NCBI GenBank assembly: GCA_043808785.1
Contig: JAZDEL010000001.1
Location: forward strand, 1 to 32,000
Source: Candidatus Iainarchaeum sp.
GTDB taxonomy: Archaea > Iainarchaeota > Iainarchaeia > Iainarchaeales > JAZDEL01
Length of the DNA: 32,000 bases
Direction of reading: 5' to 3'
Part shown: positions 14,077-22,665 of the stretch, one piece after another
Position numbering within the stretch: the stretch's first letter is position 1
Layout: every line of letters starts with the position of its first letter
The notes under the pieces: model-generated
Told to the model about the DNA's origin: nothing
Seen by the model: only the letters and a program-made list of their open reading frames with translations
Database searches by the model: none
Translations under genes and position numbers: made by a program

Positions 14077-16736
14077 CTTGCCATCGCCTCATTGAACTGC
14101 TTAAGCAAAGGCTCAAGTTTGCCGTTGAAAATTTTATCCGCCTTTTTCCATGAACCCCGCCTTGCGAAAATTGGCATCTCTTCGAAATCCTCCTTCTCAA
14201 CCGCAAGGTTCGTAACCATGTGGTTCTTGATTAATTCGAGCCACTGCACCTGTTCGGGCGTGAATTGTTTCCCTTTGGTTACTTTCTCAATCGCCTTTGC
14301 AACTCTCTCCTCGGCAGTAAGCAGGGGCTCATTTTTCGCTGCATGCTTGATTATGGAAATAATGTCCGCCAGTTCGTTGTGGTATGCCCTGCGCAGGTTA
14401 TCTTCGGTGAAACGCTGCGGCGTCTGCTCGAGTTTCTTCCTCAAGTCGGTCAGAGGTTCGGTGCCCCAGCCTTTGGGTCTTTCAAGAAGGATTTTAATTG
14501 CCTCGATTTTCTCGGGGTTTTTCTTGACGAATTGTTCAAACTCTTTCAGGTAGTCAACAGGCTTCAACTCCCTGCCATCATTCGTTCTGAAAACATATTC
14601 TGATGAAACCTCATCCTTTGTTTCATGGGCGACAAGGAAAACCTTTTGCGCCTTCGGATAATTGTGTAAAACGTCCTGAAATTCCTTGTTTTCAAGAATC
14701 TTTATCGTGCCAACAAAGTCGGTTTCAAGCCTTTCAGGCAATTTTGAGGCAAATACTCCTATATCGCCTTTCTCTATAAATTTCTCAAACAGCGGAAATG
14801 CCTCGGCGCTCATGCTTTTGGAAATTCTGTGCATCCTCTTAATCAGGCAGGTTGTGTTGTATTTTCTGTCTTGGTTATTATGGATGGCTTTGATAATCTC
14901 CTGCATTGTTCTGCCAGGCTTGTCGGGCGCCTGGCTTGTGAAGTCGGTTATTTTGTTAAAGTATTCCAGAAGCGTTCCGTCAAAACAGTCAAATGCGGTA
15001 AAGTGGGTTTTTCCTATTTCATCGCACGTTCTTGTCCCGCGCCCCATCATTTGCGTAAATAATATCCTCGATTTTACGGGGCGCATGAACACGATATTTT
15101 CAAGCGCGGGAATGTCGATGCCCGTTGAAAGCATATCGACAGTTACAACCACGCCCGGCTTCTGGCGGTTTCTGAACTCGCGGATTCTCTGCAGTGGGCG
15201 GTCAACGTTTGGGTTTCCCGTAATTTTCTGCACAAAATCGTCGCCCTTCCCAAATAGTTCCCTGCAAACCCGCACAATCTGGTCGCAGTGAGATGCGTGC
15301 GGCAAATCACCCACCGCAAAAATAAGGGTTTTGGGGAACCTGCCGAATTCCTTTTCCTGGTTTTTTATATATTTGGCAACTTCTTTCAGAATCTTCCTGT
15401 TGCTGTCGGGTGAAGTTATCTCCTTTTCGATTTTTACAGGGTCAAATTGCCGTTCGTCCTCCAGCTGGTCGAGAACCTCTCTGCCTGTTTCGGTATCAAT
15501 CATCCCGACTTTTTCGTTTTCTTTAAGGAAAATTCCCTTCATCCTCACGTTTGACGCAATCTTTACTTCATCAAAAGGAACCAAATAGCCGTCGTTGACC
15601 GCTTGCTCGTAATCATAGCGGAACACAGGCGTGCCAAAATATGCGGTGGTGTGCGCCGCGGGTGTCGCAGTCAGCCCTATCTTCACTGCATTAAAATGGT
15701 TCAGAACCTCGCGCCACTTGCTTTCTTCCGTTGCGGTGTAACCGCGGTGGCATTCATCCGCGATTACAATGTCAAAAGCGTTTATTGGAATATTAAGTTT
15801 TTCTGCATCAAATTCAGTTTCCTCGCTGGGCTCATCCTCAAAGCGCGATTCCTTCCCGAAGATGTTTATCCTCATCCTCTGGATTGTTGAAACGTAAACA
15901 AACGCAAGGCCCGGCTGCGGGTGCTCGAGGTAATGCGAAGGCAGTTCCTGTGGGTTGAACTTGAAGTCATCATCAAAGTCATCCTTGTGCATCCTCTGGC
16001 TGTAAACCTCGTATAATTTGTCGAACTTCTTTCCTGGCTCGGGCTCGAAAGTTTTGAATGCCCTGACTGCCTGTGCAGCCAGCGCCCTCCTGTCAACAAG
16101 GAAAAGAATTCTCTTGCCATAGTTCGATTTCATCAGGCGATAGATTTCGGAAATTACGGTGTATGTCTTGCCTGTTCCTGTAGCCATTGCAACCATCATG
16201 TTGCGCTTATTTTTCCTCAAAGAATCCTCGATTGCTTTTGTTGCATCAATCTGGTAGTATCTGAGCCGCGGGTGGTCGTTTGGGTGCTTTTCAAGCAATT
16301 CCAGAGCTATTTTTGGATTCTTTAAAAGGAGTTCGTTTATTGCGGAGGGCGTGTGGAACTTGGCAACCTTTTCTGAATAACTCTCGGCATTCCGTAAGTC
16401 TTGGAACCAGATTATTTCGCCGTTTGTGGAATAAATGAATGGCACTTTTAAGCCGTTGAAATCGAACGGGCTATTTTTTACTCCGCGCGCATACCGTTGA
16501 GCCTGAACAAGCACGTTTTGCGGCCCGACGGAAAGCTTTTTTGCCTCAACAACTGCAACAATCAAGCCGTCAATAAAAAGCGCATAATCCGCAGGGCCCT
16601 CTTTGGTGTCGAACTCTCCAACTGCAAAGGCGCCATTTTCGGGTATCTTGTCGGTTGGCTTCAGCACCTTCCAGCCGCTCTCTTTCAGTTTAGGGTCAAT
16701 AAGGGCATAGCGGGTTTGGCTCTCGCTGGGTTTCAT
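14073..16736 (-). CDS. hsdR: Type I restriction enzyme R subunit (nuclease-helicase)
   Basis: N-terminal PD-(D/E)xK (ADYALF...VAVVEAKK). SF2 motifs AMATGTGKT, ADECHRG, LTATP, QMMGRGTR. Long helical C-terminal domain. ATGA overlap with hsdM. Confidence 0.95.
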   Translation of the reverse strand: MKPSESQTRYALIDPKLKESGWKVLKPTDKIPENGAFAVGEFDTKEGPADYALFIDGLIVAVVEAKKLSVGPQNVLVQAQRYARGVKNSPFDFNGLKVPFIYSTNGEIIWFQDLRNAESYSEKVAKFHTPSAINELLLKNPKIALELLEKHPNDHPRLRYYQIDATKAIEDSLRKNKRNMMVAMATGTGKTYTVISEIYRLMKSNYGKRILFLVDRRALAAQAVRAFKTFEPEPGKKFDKLYEVYSQRMHKDDFDDDFKFNPQELPSHYLEHPQPGLAFVYVSTIQRMRINIFGKESRFEDEPSEETEFDAEKLNIPINAFDIVIADECHRGYTATEESKWREVLNHFNAVKIGLTATPAAHTTAYFGTPVFRYDYEQAVNDGYLVPFDEVKIASNVRMKGIFLKENEKVGMIDTETGREVLDQLEDERQFDPVKIEKEITSPDSNRKILKEVAKYIKNQEKEFGRFPKTLIFAVGDLPHASHCDQIVRVCRELFGKGDDFVQKITGNPNVDRPLQRIREFRNRQKPGVVVTVDMLSTGIDIPALENIVFMRPVKSRILFTQMMGRGTRTCDEIGKTHFTAFDCFDGTLLEYFNKITDFTSQAPDKPGRTMQEIIKAIHNNQDRKYNTTCLIKRMHRISKSMSAEAFPLFEKFIEKGDIGVFASKLPERLETDFVGTIKILENKEFQDVLHNYPKAQKVFLVAHETKDEVSSEYVFRTNDGRELKPVDYLKEFEQFVKKNPEKIEAIKILLERPKGWGTEPLTDLRKKLEQTPQRFTEDNLRRAYHNELADIISIIKHAAKNEPLLTAEERVAKAIEKVTKGKQFTPEQVQWLELIKNHMVTNLAVEKEDFEEMPIFARRGSWKKADKIFNGKLEPLLKQFNEAMAR

Positions 16737-16760
16737 GCTATTAAATAGCCTATGAATAGG

Positions 16761-19073
16761 TTAAAATCCTTGCTTTTGGCTGTTTTCAAACAATTTCCTT
16801 ACCTTCCCCCCCACCTCAGTCCTCGTCAGCACCTCCCCATACTGCGCATACTCCTTCTTCAGTTCCTTGTCCGTAACAACAAAGAACCATAGTTTGTACC
16901 TTTCATTCAGCGCCCTAACCTTCTCCTCAATCTGCGCCTTCTTCTCCGCAACTGAGCCTGTTTCAACCTCCACCGCAACCAGCACATTCAGCCCCTTGAT
17001 ATGGCCTGTCCTGTTCGGCGCAATAAAGGTGATGTCCGCCTCCTTCGTGAACTTTACTGAAACAGTGTCCGTATATTTCCTCAACTCGTCCGCAATCAAC
17101 TCAACCAAAAAAGCGTGCTTGAGCGATTCCTTCCCCGCTGGCTTCTTAATCAAATACGCCTGCCCTCTCCCTTCCCCAAGCCCGGGCTGCCTTGATTCGA
17201 CGAAACCCTGCGCCTTCAGGAACTTTACTTGGTCTTCATTCAAATCCTTGAGCGCGTAATATCTTTTCTCCAAATGATATGGGGAAAAATCCTCCTCCTT
17301 TTTCTCAGCCATTCCCTTAAGCACCTTCTCGCGCATCCGTACCTCGTCCGGGTTTGTCGTTATGAGTTCATGTTCCTTCTCCGAAGCGACAACCCTCAGA
17401 GGAATGTGGTCGTTCATGGCAAACAGCAAACCTTCCCCCTGCGTCGCGGTCAACAGAAAGCCCTGCTCCTCCTCGTTCAAATTGAACTTCTCGCTCAGCT
17501 CCTTCATAACAGCGGGCTCCTGCCTGAGCAAAAGTTTCCACGCAGTGTTTGCAAGCGTTGTAGCCCCTGCCTTGGAACTCAGCAAATCGTTAACCTCCTG
17601 CGTTATTATCACAAGCCCAAGCCCGAACTTGCGCGCGGTCTTAATCATTTCAAAAATATACCTTGAGTGCTGCCCGTAGCGCAATAAAGTCCACGCTTCA
17701 TCAATCACAAGAAGTTTCCGTTCCCTGCTGGCGTGCATCTTGTTCCTCACGAACTCCAGAATCAAAAACATCATCACTGGCTTAACCTGCGAAGGCATCT
17801 CCGCAATGTCAAAAGAAATAAAATCGTTCTCAAGGTCAAGGTTCGTCTGCCTGTTCAGGAAACTGAACGAACCTTTCGCGTAAATCCTAATCCTGTTAGC
17901 AAGCGCGTCATATGTCATGCGCTCAATCTTGCTCCCGCCCTGCTTCTCCTTCTCAATCTCGTTGTACAAATCCTCCATCACGGGCGGCTTTTTGCCCCAT
18001 GTGCTTTTGTTGTTCGAGATAATTCCCTTCTGCTCATAAACACTCTGCACGCACTTGTCAAGGATGTTCTTCTGAACCTCGGAAAGCTCCCCGCACATTA
18101 TGCGGAACAAGTCCATCAAAATCAGCATCTTCTCCCCGAAGTCCTGCCCCATCAAATCAAATGGGTTTATGATTGTCTCGCTCTCCCTGCTTATCTTCAC
18201 AACCTGCCCGTTATACGTTTTCACGACATCCGTGTACTCGCCCTGCGGGTCTATGATGTTAACCTTAACCCCCTTCAGCAAATTCCGCAGAATGAAAAGC
18301 TTGCAGTAAAAACTCTTCCCCCCTCCCGAAGTGCCAAGAATTAAACCATTGTAGTTCGTCAGCCCGTAAGGGTTGATAATTATGGGAATATTGTTCTCCT
18401 TGTTCAGCCCGACCATAATGCCTTCCTCATCCATGTTAAGAAAGGCAGAAGTGAAAGGAAAGCACGCTCCAAGCGCGTGCGAGGTAATATTGCGCGTGAC
18501 ATTCAGCCTGTCCCTCTGCAGGGGAATAACCGACTGCAAAGCCTGAAGCATCCGCAGGCACGGAGTTTTCGGGATTATCATTATTGAATTGAGTTCAGAT
18601 TCAATTTTCCTGCTCAAAAGTTCAAGCTTCTCCCGCGAAGGGGCGCGCGCGTTCACATAAAGCGCGATGTTGAAAAGCTTCTCCTCCCCTTTCTGCAATT
18701 TCTCCAGCGTGCCGAGCGTGTCCTGATGCTGAACCCTCAGCGAGGGGTTTACAATGCCCTTCATCTCCGCCGACATAATGTCCGATTCTTGCTTAACCAA
18801 TTCCTGATTTAAGCCGGTCATAATCGTGTCTATGTTCGCGGGCGTGATGAACATGCTCAAATCGAAATCCCCCTCGCTCGAAACAATAGAGCCTAACCAG
18901 CCCTCCCTAATCAGCCGCGGATATCCGACAGCCATAACCACGCGGTTGTATTGGCTGTTAACCCGTACGCAGTCGAACTCGTTCTTTATGTAGTGCGGCC
19001 TGAGCAGCGGCTGGAGGTCATGCTTCAGCGAAACGCTTTTGCCATTCCCGCGCTTAAAGAAACTTAGCAACAT
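16761..19073 (-). CDS. VirB4/TraC-type type IV secretion ATPase with a ~170-aa C-terminal PD-(D/E)xK-like extension
   Basis: LILGTSGGGKSF (Walker A, nt 18312-18335), VNIIDPQGEY, LLVIDEAW (Walker B), VIITQE. The C-terminal extension has KHAFLVELIADEL ... EADITFI ... LVAVEVETG. Confidence 0.9.
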   Translation of the reverse strand: MLLSFFKRGNGKSVSLKHDLQPLLRPHYIKNEFDCVRVNSQYNRVVMAVGYPRLIREGWLGSIVSSEGDFDLSMFITPANIDTIMTGLNQELVKQESDIMSAEMKGIVNPSLRVQHQDTLGTLEKLQKGEEKLFNIALYVNARAPSREKLELLSRKIESELNSIMIIPKTPCLRMLQALQSVIPLQRDRLNVTRNITSHALGACFPFTSAFLNMDEEGIMVGLNKENNIPIIINPYGLTNYNGLILGTSGGGKSFYCKLFILRNLLKGVKVNIIDPQGEYTDVVKTYNGQVVKISRESETIINPFDLMGQDFGEKMLILMDLFRIMCGELSEVQKNILDKCVQSVYEQKGIISNNKSTWGKKPPVMEDLYNEIEKEKQGGSKIERMTYDALANRIRIYAKGSFSFLNRQTNLDLENDFISFDIAEMPSQVKPVMMFLILEFVRNKMHASRERKLLVIDEAWTLLRYGQHSRYIFEMIKTARKFGLGLVIITQEVNDLLSSKAGATTLANTAWKLLLRQEPAVMKELSEKFNLNEEEQGFLLTATQGEGLLFAMNDHIPLRVVASEKEHELITTNPDEVRMREKVLKGMAEKKEEDFSPYHLEKRYYALKDLNEDQVKFLKAQGFVESRQPGLGEGRGQAYLIKKPAGKESLKHAFLVELIADELRKYTDTVSVKFTKEADITFIAPNRTGHIKGLNVLVAVEVETGSVAEKKAQIEEKVRALNERYKLWFFVVTDKELKKEYAQYGEVLTRTEVGGKVRKLFENSQKQGF

Positions 19074-19242
19074 CTCCCCTCCTTTTTTTCACAATTTCCG
19101 TGAATTCCTTCTCATTGTTCTTAATCTCTTTTATTTTTACCCCGAACAGAACCCTCGCCACCGCGGCAAGAATGCGGTTCATCCTCCCGAGCTGCCGAGA
19201 ACTTTCTATTATCGCATCCTCAACCTTCTTGTCCATGCGCAT
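19054..19242 (-). CDS. Possible small protein (about 60 aa) between the VirB3-like and VirB4 genes
   Basis: A shortened version (from MRMDKK...) of track ORF 19054-19353. It would fill an otherwise non-coding 146-nt gap and overlaps the VirB4 start by 20 nt. No motif recognised. Confidence 0.3.
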   Translation of the reverse strand: MRMDKKVEDAIIESSRQLGRMNRILAAVARVLFGVKIKEIKNNEKEFTEIVKKRRGDVAKFL

Positions 19243-20188
19243 TTTTTCCGCCAAATGAATCACCCCCTTTTGCCTTGCCGAATTCATCAAGAACCGTAAC
19301 AGCGGAAACGTAATCCCCGCCAGCCTCGACAAACCCCTCAAAATAAGACGCAAGCAAAGAAGTCAGTTCGCCCGTGCCGAGCCTTCTCGTGGAAAGGTTG
19401 CACGCCTTCAGTTTGCCTTGGCACAATTTGGCACGTATCGCCAATTGGTTCAGCGCAATTTCGCTATTCAGTTCATACGTTGTCTTCTGCTTTTCGCGCG
19501 AAAACAAATTCCTGAAGTTCACAAAAATATCCCGCAGAACATTCGCGGAAAAAGACGGCGAATACGGAATGATGATGTAAAAAAGGCGGTTCTTCACGGC
19601 ATTTTCCTCTATGAACCCACGCATGAACTCTTGGAATGAATTGAACTGCTCAAGCAACTGCTCCTTTTTCAGCGCCTTAACTTCGCCCTCCAAATGTGAA
19701 AGGTAGTCGTCAATCGAAAGGTTAACCGTGCGCATAACTATCTGTATCGGGAAATCAAGGGAGTTGAGGAAGTCGGAAAAAGCCCGCACAATCGCCCTCT
19801 GCTGTTCTTGCTCTAAAATCGAAAAATTAATAGGTGTGACCTGCACAACCGCAAGCATCCCGTCCTTCAGGTAAACAGTGTCATCTGATATCCTCTCGAC
19901 TTCTATGAACTTGTTTATCCGCGGGTCGAAATAGCCAGCCTCGCCGATTGAGGCTTTGAATGTCGCAAAGTTCTTCAGGTGCGTACCCAAGCCGAAAAAG
20001 GCGAACCCTGCGGCCAGCAGCGCGAAAAACACTGCGGCGGCAACCTTAATCTCAAATGGTAGCGCGGTTTTGAGGAAAACAACAGCACCCATGCCCCCAA
20101 ACAACCCAACCCAAGCAAGCTGGCTGAACGTGAGGTTGAACAGTATTTTTTCGCTGTATTTCAGGTTCTGCGGTATTTCGTATGCCAT
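19220..20188 (-). CDS. PrgI/VirB3-like membrane protein fused to a cytoplasmic VirB4-N-terminal-like domain
   Basis: The N-terminus MAYEIPQNLKYSEKILFNLTFSQLAWVGLFG plus two TM helices matches the PrgI-family signature (P..l....K..FnLT.rQl). It is followed by VYLKDGMLAVVQVTPINFSILEQEQQRAIVRAFSDFLNSLDFPIQIV, which resembles N-terminal regions of monoderm VirB4 proteins. Confidence 0.7.
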   Translation of the reverse strand: MAYEIPQNLKYSEKILFNLTFSQLAWVGLFGGMGAVVFLKTALPFEIKVAAAVFFALLAAGFAFFGLGTHLKNFATFKASIGEAGYFDPRINKFIEVERISDDTVYLKDGMLAVVQVTPINFSILEQEQQRAIVRAFSDFLNSLDFPIQIVMRTVNLSIDDYLSHLEGEVKALKKEQLLEQFNSFQEFMRGFIEENAVKNRLFYIIIPYSPSFSANVLRDIFVNFRNLFSREKQKTTYELNSEIALNQLAIRAKLCQGKLKACNLSTRRLGTGELTSLLASYFEGFVEAGGDYVSAVTVLDEFGKAKGGDSFGGKNAHGQEG

Positions 20189-20203
20189 TTTCTCAACCCC
20201 TAA

Positions 20204-21151
20204 TCACTCCCATGCCTGCGGCACGCTGCTCTCCAGCGGCACTGTCTGCTTCGATGCATGTGCAATAGCCCTGCCGTAAGTTGCGCCCAAGTAACTGTTC
20301 AGGACAGGCACATGGCTCACAATTGCCAGCGCGGCGTTTATTATTGCAAACAGCATGATGCAGATGTTGGTTATCGCTATCAAAGAAAACGCGATTGTCG
20401 GCGCCCAGCCAACCATCTCGGGGTATGCGCTGAATTCGGTCTCGAGCATCCATGCCGAAATTAAAATTATCACGTCAATTATCTGCATGAACAGCGCGGC
20501 GCCGATAAGGTTCAGCGGTATCTTGCCCCAAGATTGTAGCTGCGGTATGAGGTAAAGGAAAATTCCGATAGGGAAAAGCACTGCCCCAATCCACAGGAAT
20601 ATGTAGCGGATTACAACCGTTATGAACGCGGTAAGCACAGTGCCCCCGAACGCAAGTAGCAGGAAAAGGTTCAGCGAACTTATCGAACTGGAAGTAAAGA
20701 GCGGCTCAAGTTCGCTTGTCCAGAGCGCAGATGCAATCAGCGAGCCTATGGAAAGTACGAGAACGTAAAGAGTATAACTCGCGTTCACTGCAATAACCAT
20801 CAGCACTGCCTTCTTCAGTCCATCTTTTGCCCCAGCCCTTTGGTTCGCATCATACGAACCAATGATGAATTTCAGCCCCACAATCAGGAAGATGAGCAGG
20901 TAAAAAAGAGAAATTATGTAAATAACCATGTCGGAAATCGGCTTCATCAGCGCGGGGTCGGGGTTTGTCGTTATGAAAACCTTAAACAGCGAGAGCAACG
21001 ATGCAAGAAAATTGACGCCCTCGCCCTTCACGCCCGACATCAGCGCGTCAACAAAGTTCTTCCCCAAATCATTCAGCGGGTCCCAAAACCCCGCGCTCGC
21101 CGAGCCGCAAAGCATCAGCAGCACAGCCAGAACCAGAACCGCCCTTTTCAA
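20204..21151 (-). CDS. VirB6/TrbL-like polytopic membrane protein
   Basis: Signal peptide (MKRAVLVLAVLLMLCGSASA) followed by about 6-7 TM helices. It sits between a secreted protein and the VirB3/VirB4 genes. ATGA overlap with the upstream gene. Assignment rests on architecture and context only. Confidence 0.6.
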   Translation of the reverse strand: MKRAVLVLAVLLMLCGSASAGFWDPLNDLGKNFVDALMSGVKGEGVNFLASLLSLFKVFITTNPDPALMKPISDMVIYIISLFYLLIFLIVGLKFIIGSYDANQRAGAKDGLKKAVLMVIAVNASYTLYVLVLSIGSLIASALWTSELEPLFTSSSISSLNLFLLLAFGGTVLTAFITVVIRYIFLWIGAVLFPIGIFLYLIPQLQSWGKIPLNLIGAALFMQIIDVIILISAWMLETEFSAYPEMVGWAPTIAFSLIAITNICIMLFAIINAALAIVSHVPVLNSYLGATYGRAIAHASKQTVPLESSVPQAWE

Positions 21152-22620
21152 GCAAGCACCCCGAGCTTTTTCTTTGCGATAAAATAAAAGATGTAATAAA
21201 CGCCCGCGAAGATGCCGATGTCTTTCGCGGTTTCGGTTGTGTCGTCATAAACAACCCCGATGCGTTTCGTGTCGGAAGCGGAACCGTGCTCAAAGTCAGT
21301 ATGGAACTCCGCTGAAACAACACCCTTTGATTCTGCCGCGCTTACCTGCGCTTCCGCCTTGCCGCTGCCGTCCGTAACCAATTCCTTGAAATTCAGCCCA
21401 TATTTCAGTTCAACCTTGCCGTTAGCAAGCGGCGCCCCACTTTCATCGGAAAGATGCACAACCGCCTTCACTGTTTCATTTGCATCGTAGGAATTTTTGT
21501 CAAGAGCAAGCCACACAACAGCGTCCGGCAAATCTGACAGATTGCATTTACTTCCTAAATCAAATTCCCCAAAATCGCCTGAAATTTTTGCGGAGCAATT
21601 TCCTGCGTTCTTCTCCAGCATAAGTTCAGCGAGATACACCCCCCTGTTTTTGGAAACCGTGCCAGCAACATTCCGCTTCTCCTCCGAGAATTCCTGGACA
21701 CGCTCCACATGCAGGGCATCGTAAGGTTCAAGTCCGTAGTTCAGTTTGTAAGAAGCCTCGCTAACGGAGAGCGTGGCATCGTCAAGCGTAAAATCAAACT
21801 CATTGAAAGGTTGCGTAGCCCCAAACTCAAGCAGAACAGTGTCCAACCCGTTGCCGTCATTGTAAGCCATGCGGAAATCGTAACTGAACTGCCGAGTTTC
21901 CGCATCCAGCAAATTGGAAACTGAAAGTGCATCAGTCCTGTATTCCGTGTGTGAGAACACACAGCTCGTGTTGCAAGTCCAATCCAAGCCGGGAATCCAA
22001 CACGAAGTGTATTCCCTGTAGTGGTCTGTTTTCAGTTTCGTAGCCAAATCAACATTCGCTTTGAATTGTTTTGCCTTTGCATCGGAACTGAAAGTAGCAA
22101 CTTTCCCCGAACCAATCCGCGCGCCGTTAAGGAAAACTCCTATATCCTCCTTCCCAATAGTGTAAGAGTAAACAGTCCTGCAATCCCCCGATGCCGTGCC
22201 TGTCGGCAGTTCAATCCTGTAATTGTACGCGTTTATCACATTGCCCGAAGAATCCACGAGCCAAACAGATTCATTCGTGTCAAAAACGCTGGGGCTGATG
22301 CCGACAACCTTAACCCACGCATCTCTGATTATCCCGTTGCTCTGCGCCGAAACTCCCGCAGGCGGAGTGTTGAACTGCAGCCCCCTGTTCCATTCAAAAA
22401 CAAAGTCGTGGTTCTCGGCAAGGGTTGGCTTGCTCAGAAGCCCGAGAATGCCCTCCTTTTTCTCAGCCTGCGTGAGCGAGGTATCCTTAATAATCGCCTC
22501 GCAGTCTTTGTAGTCGATGCTCGGCAGTTTGCCGCACGAATCAGGCAGCAGGCCATCCGCCCGAACAAGTGGCACGAGCATCAGCATAAGGCATATTTCC
22601 ATGGCTAGCGTAGCTTTCAT
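21148..22620 (-). CDS. Cys-rich secreted protein with an Ig-like domain and a C-terminal TM anchor
   Basis: Signal peptide MKATLAMEICLMLMLVPLVRADG. At least 8 Cys in the ectodomain. An Ig-like segment (ETVKAVVHLSDESGAPLANGKVELKYG...TDGSGKAEAQV). C-terminal anchor IGIFAGVYYIFYFIAKKK. AGAGGTGA SD upstream. Confidence 0.75.
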   Translation of the reverse strand: MKATLAMEICLMLMLVPLVRADGLLPDSCGKLPSIDYKDCEAIIKDTSLTQAEKKEGILGLLSKPTLAENHDFVFEWNRGLQFNTPPAGVSAQSNGIIRDAWVKVVGISPSVFDTNESVWLVDSSGNVINAYNYRIELPTGTASGDCRTVYSYTIGKEDIGVFLNGARIGSGKVATFSSDAKAKQFKANVDLATKLKTDHYREYTSCWIPGLDWTCNTSCVFSHTEYRTDALSVSNLLDAETRQFSYDFRMAYNDGNGLDTVLLEFGATQPFNEFDFTLDDATLSVSEASYKLNYGLEPYDALHVERVQEFSEEKRNVAGTVSKNRGVYLAELMLEKNAGNCSAKISGDFGEFDLGSKCNLSDLPDAVVWLALDKNSYDANETVKAVVHLSDESGAPLANGKVELKYGLNFKELVTDGSGKAEAQVSAAESKGVVSAEFHTDFEHGSASDTKRIGVVYDDTTETAKDIGIFAGVYYIFYFIAKKKLGVLA

Positions 22621-22665
22621 TCGTTCACCTCTGTGGGGTGGGTGGGGGCGGAAAAGGCATTACGC

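Noticed and set aside
13993-15291. Plus-strand ORFs of 186, 112 and 201 aa inside hsdM/hsdR
   Set aside because: They are antisense to genes with complete HsdM/HsdR motif sets, and their sequences are S/F/L-rich shadows.
16867-18344. Plus-strand ORFs (130, 145, 105, 203, 69 aa) inside the VirB4 gene
   Set aside because: They are antisense to an ORF with Walker A/B and other VirB4 motifs, and they have no features of their own.
19054-19353. Full-length 99-aa version of the small ORF between the VirB3-like and VirB4 genes
   Set aside because: Its first 37 codons overlap the 3' end of the 322-aa gene in another frame. Only the shorter version (from 19242 or 19236) is retained, at low confidence.
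20193-22608. Multiple alternative-frame or antisense ORFs (e.g. 20193-20453, 20840-21187, 21069-21323, 22021-22608)
   Set aside because: They overlap longer ORFs that have coherent signal peptides, TM helices or domain structure. This GC-richer region is stop-poor in several frames.
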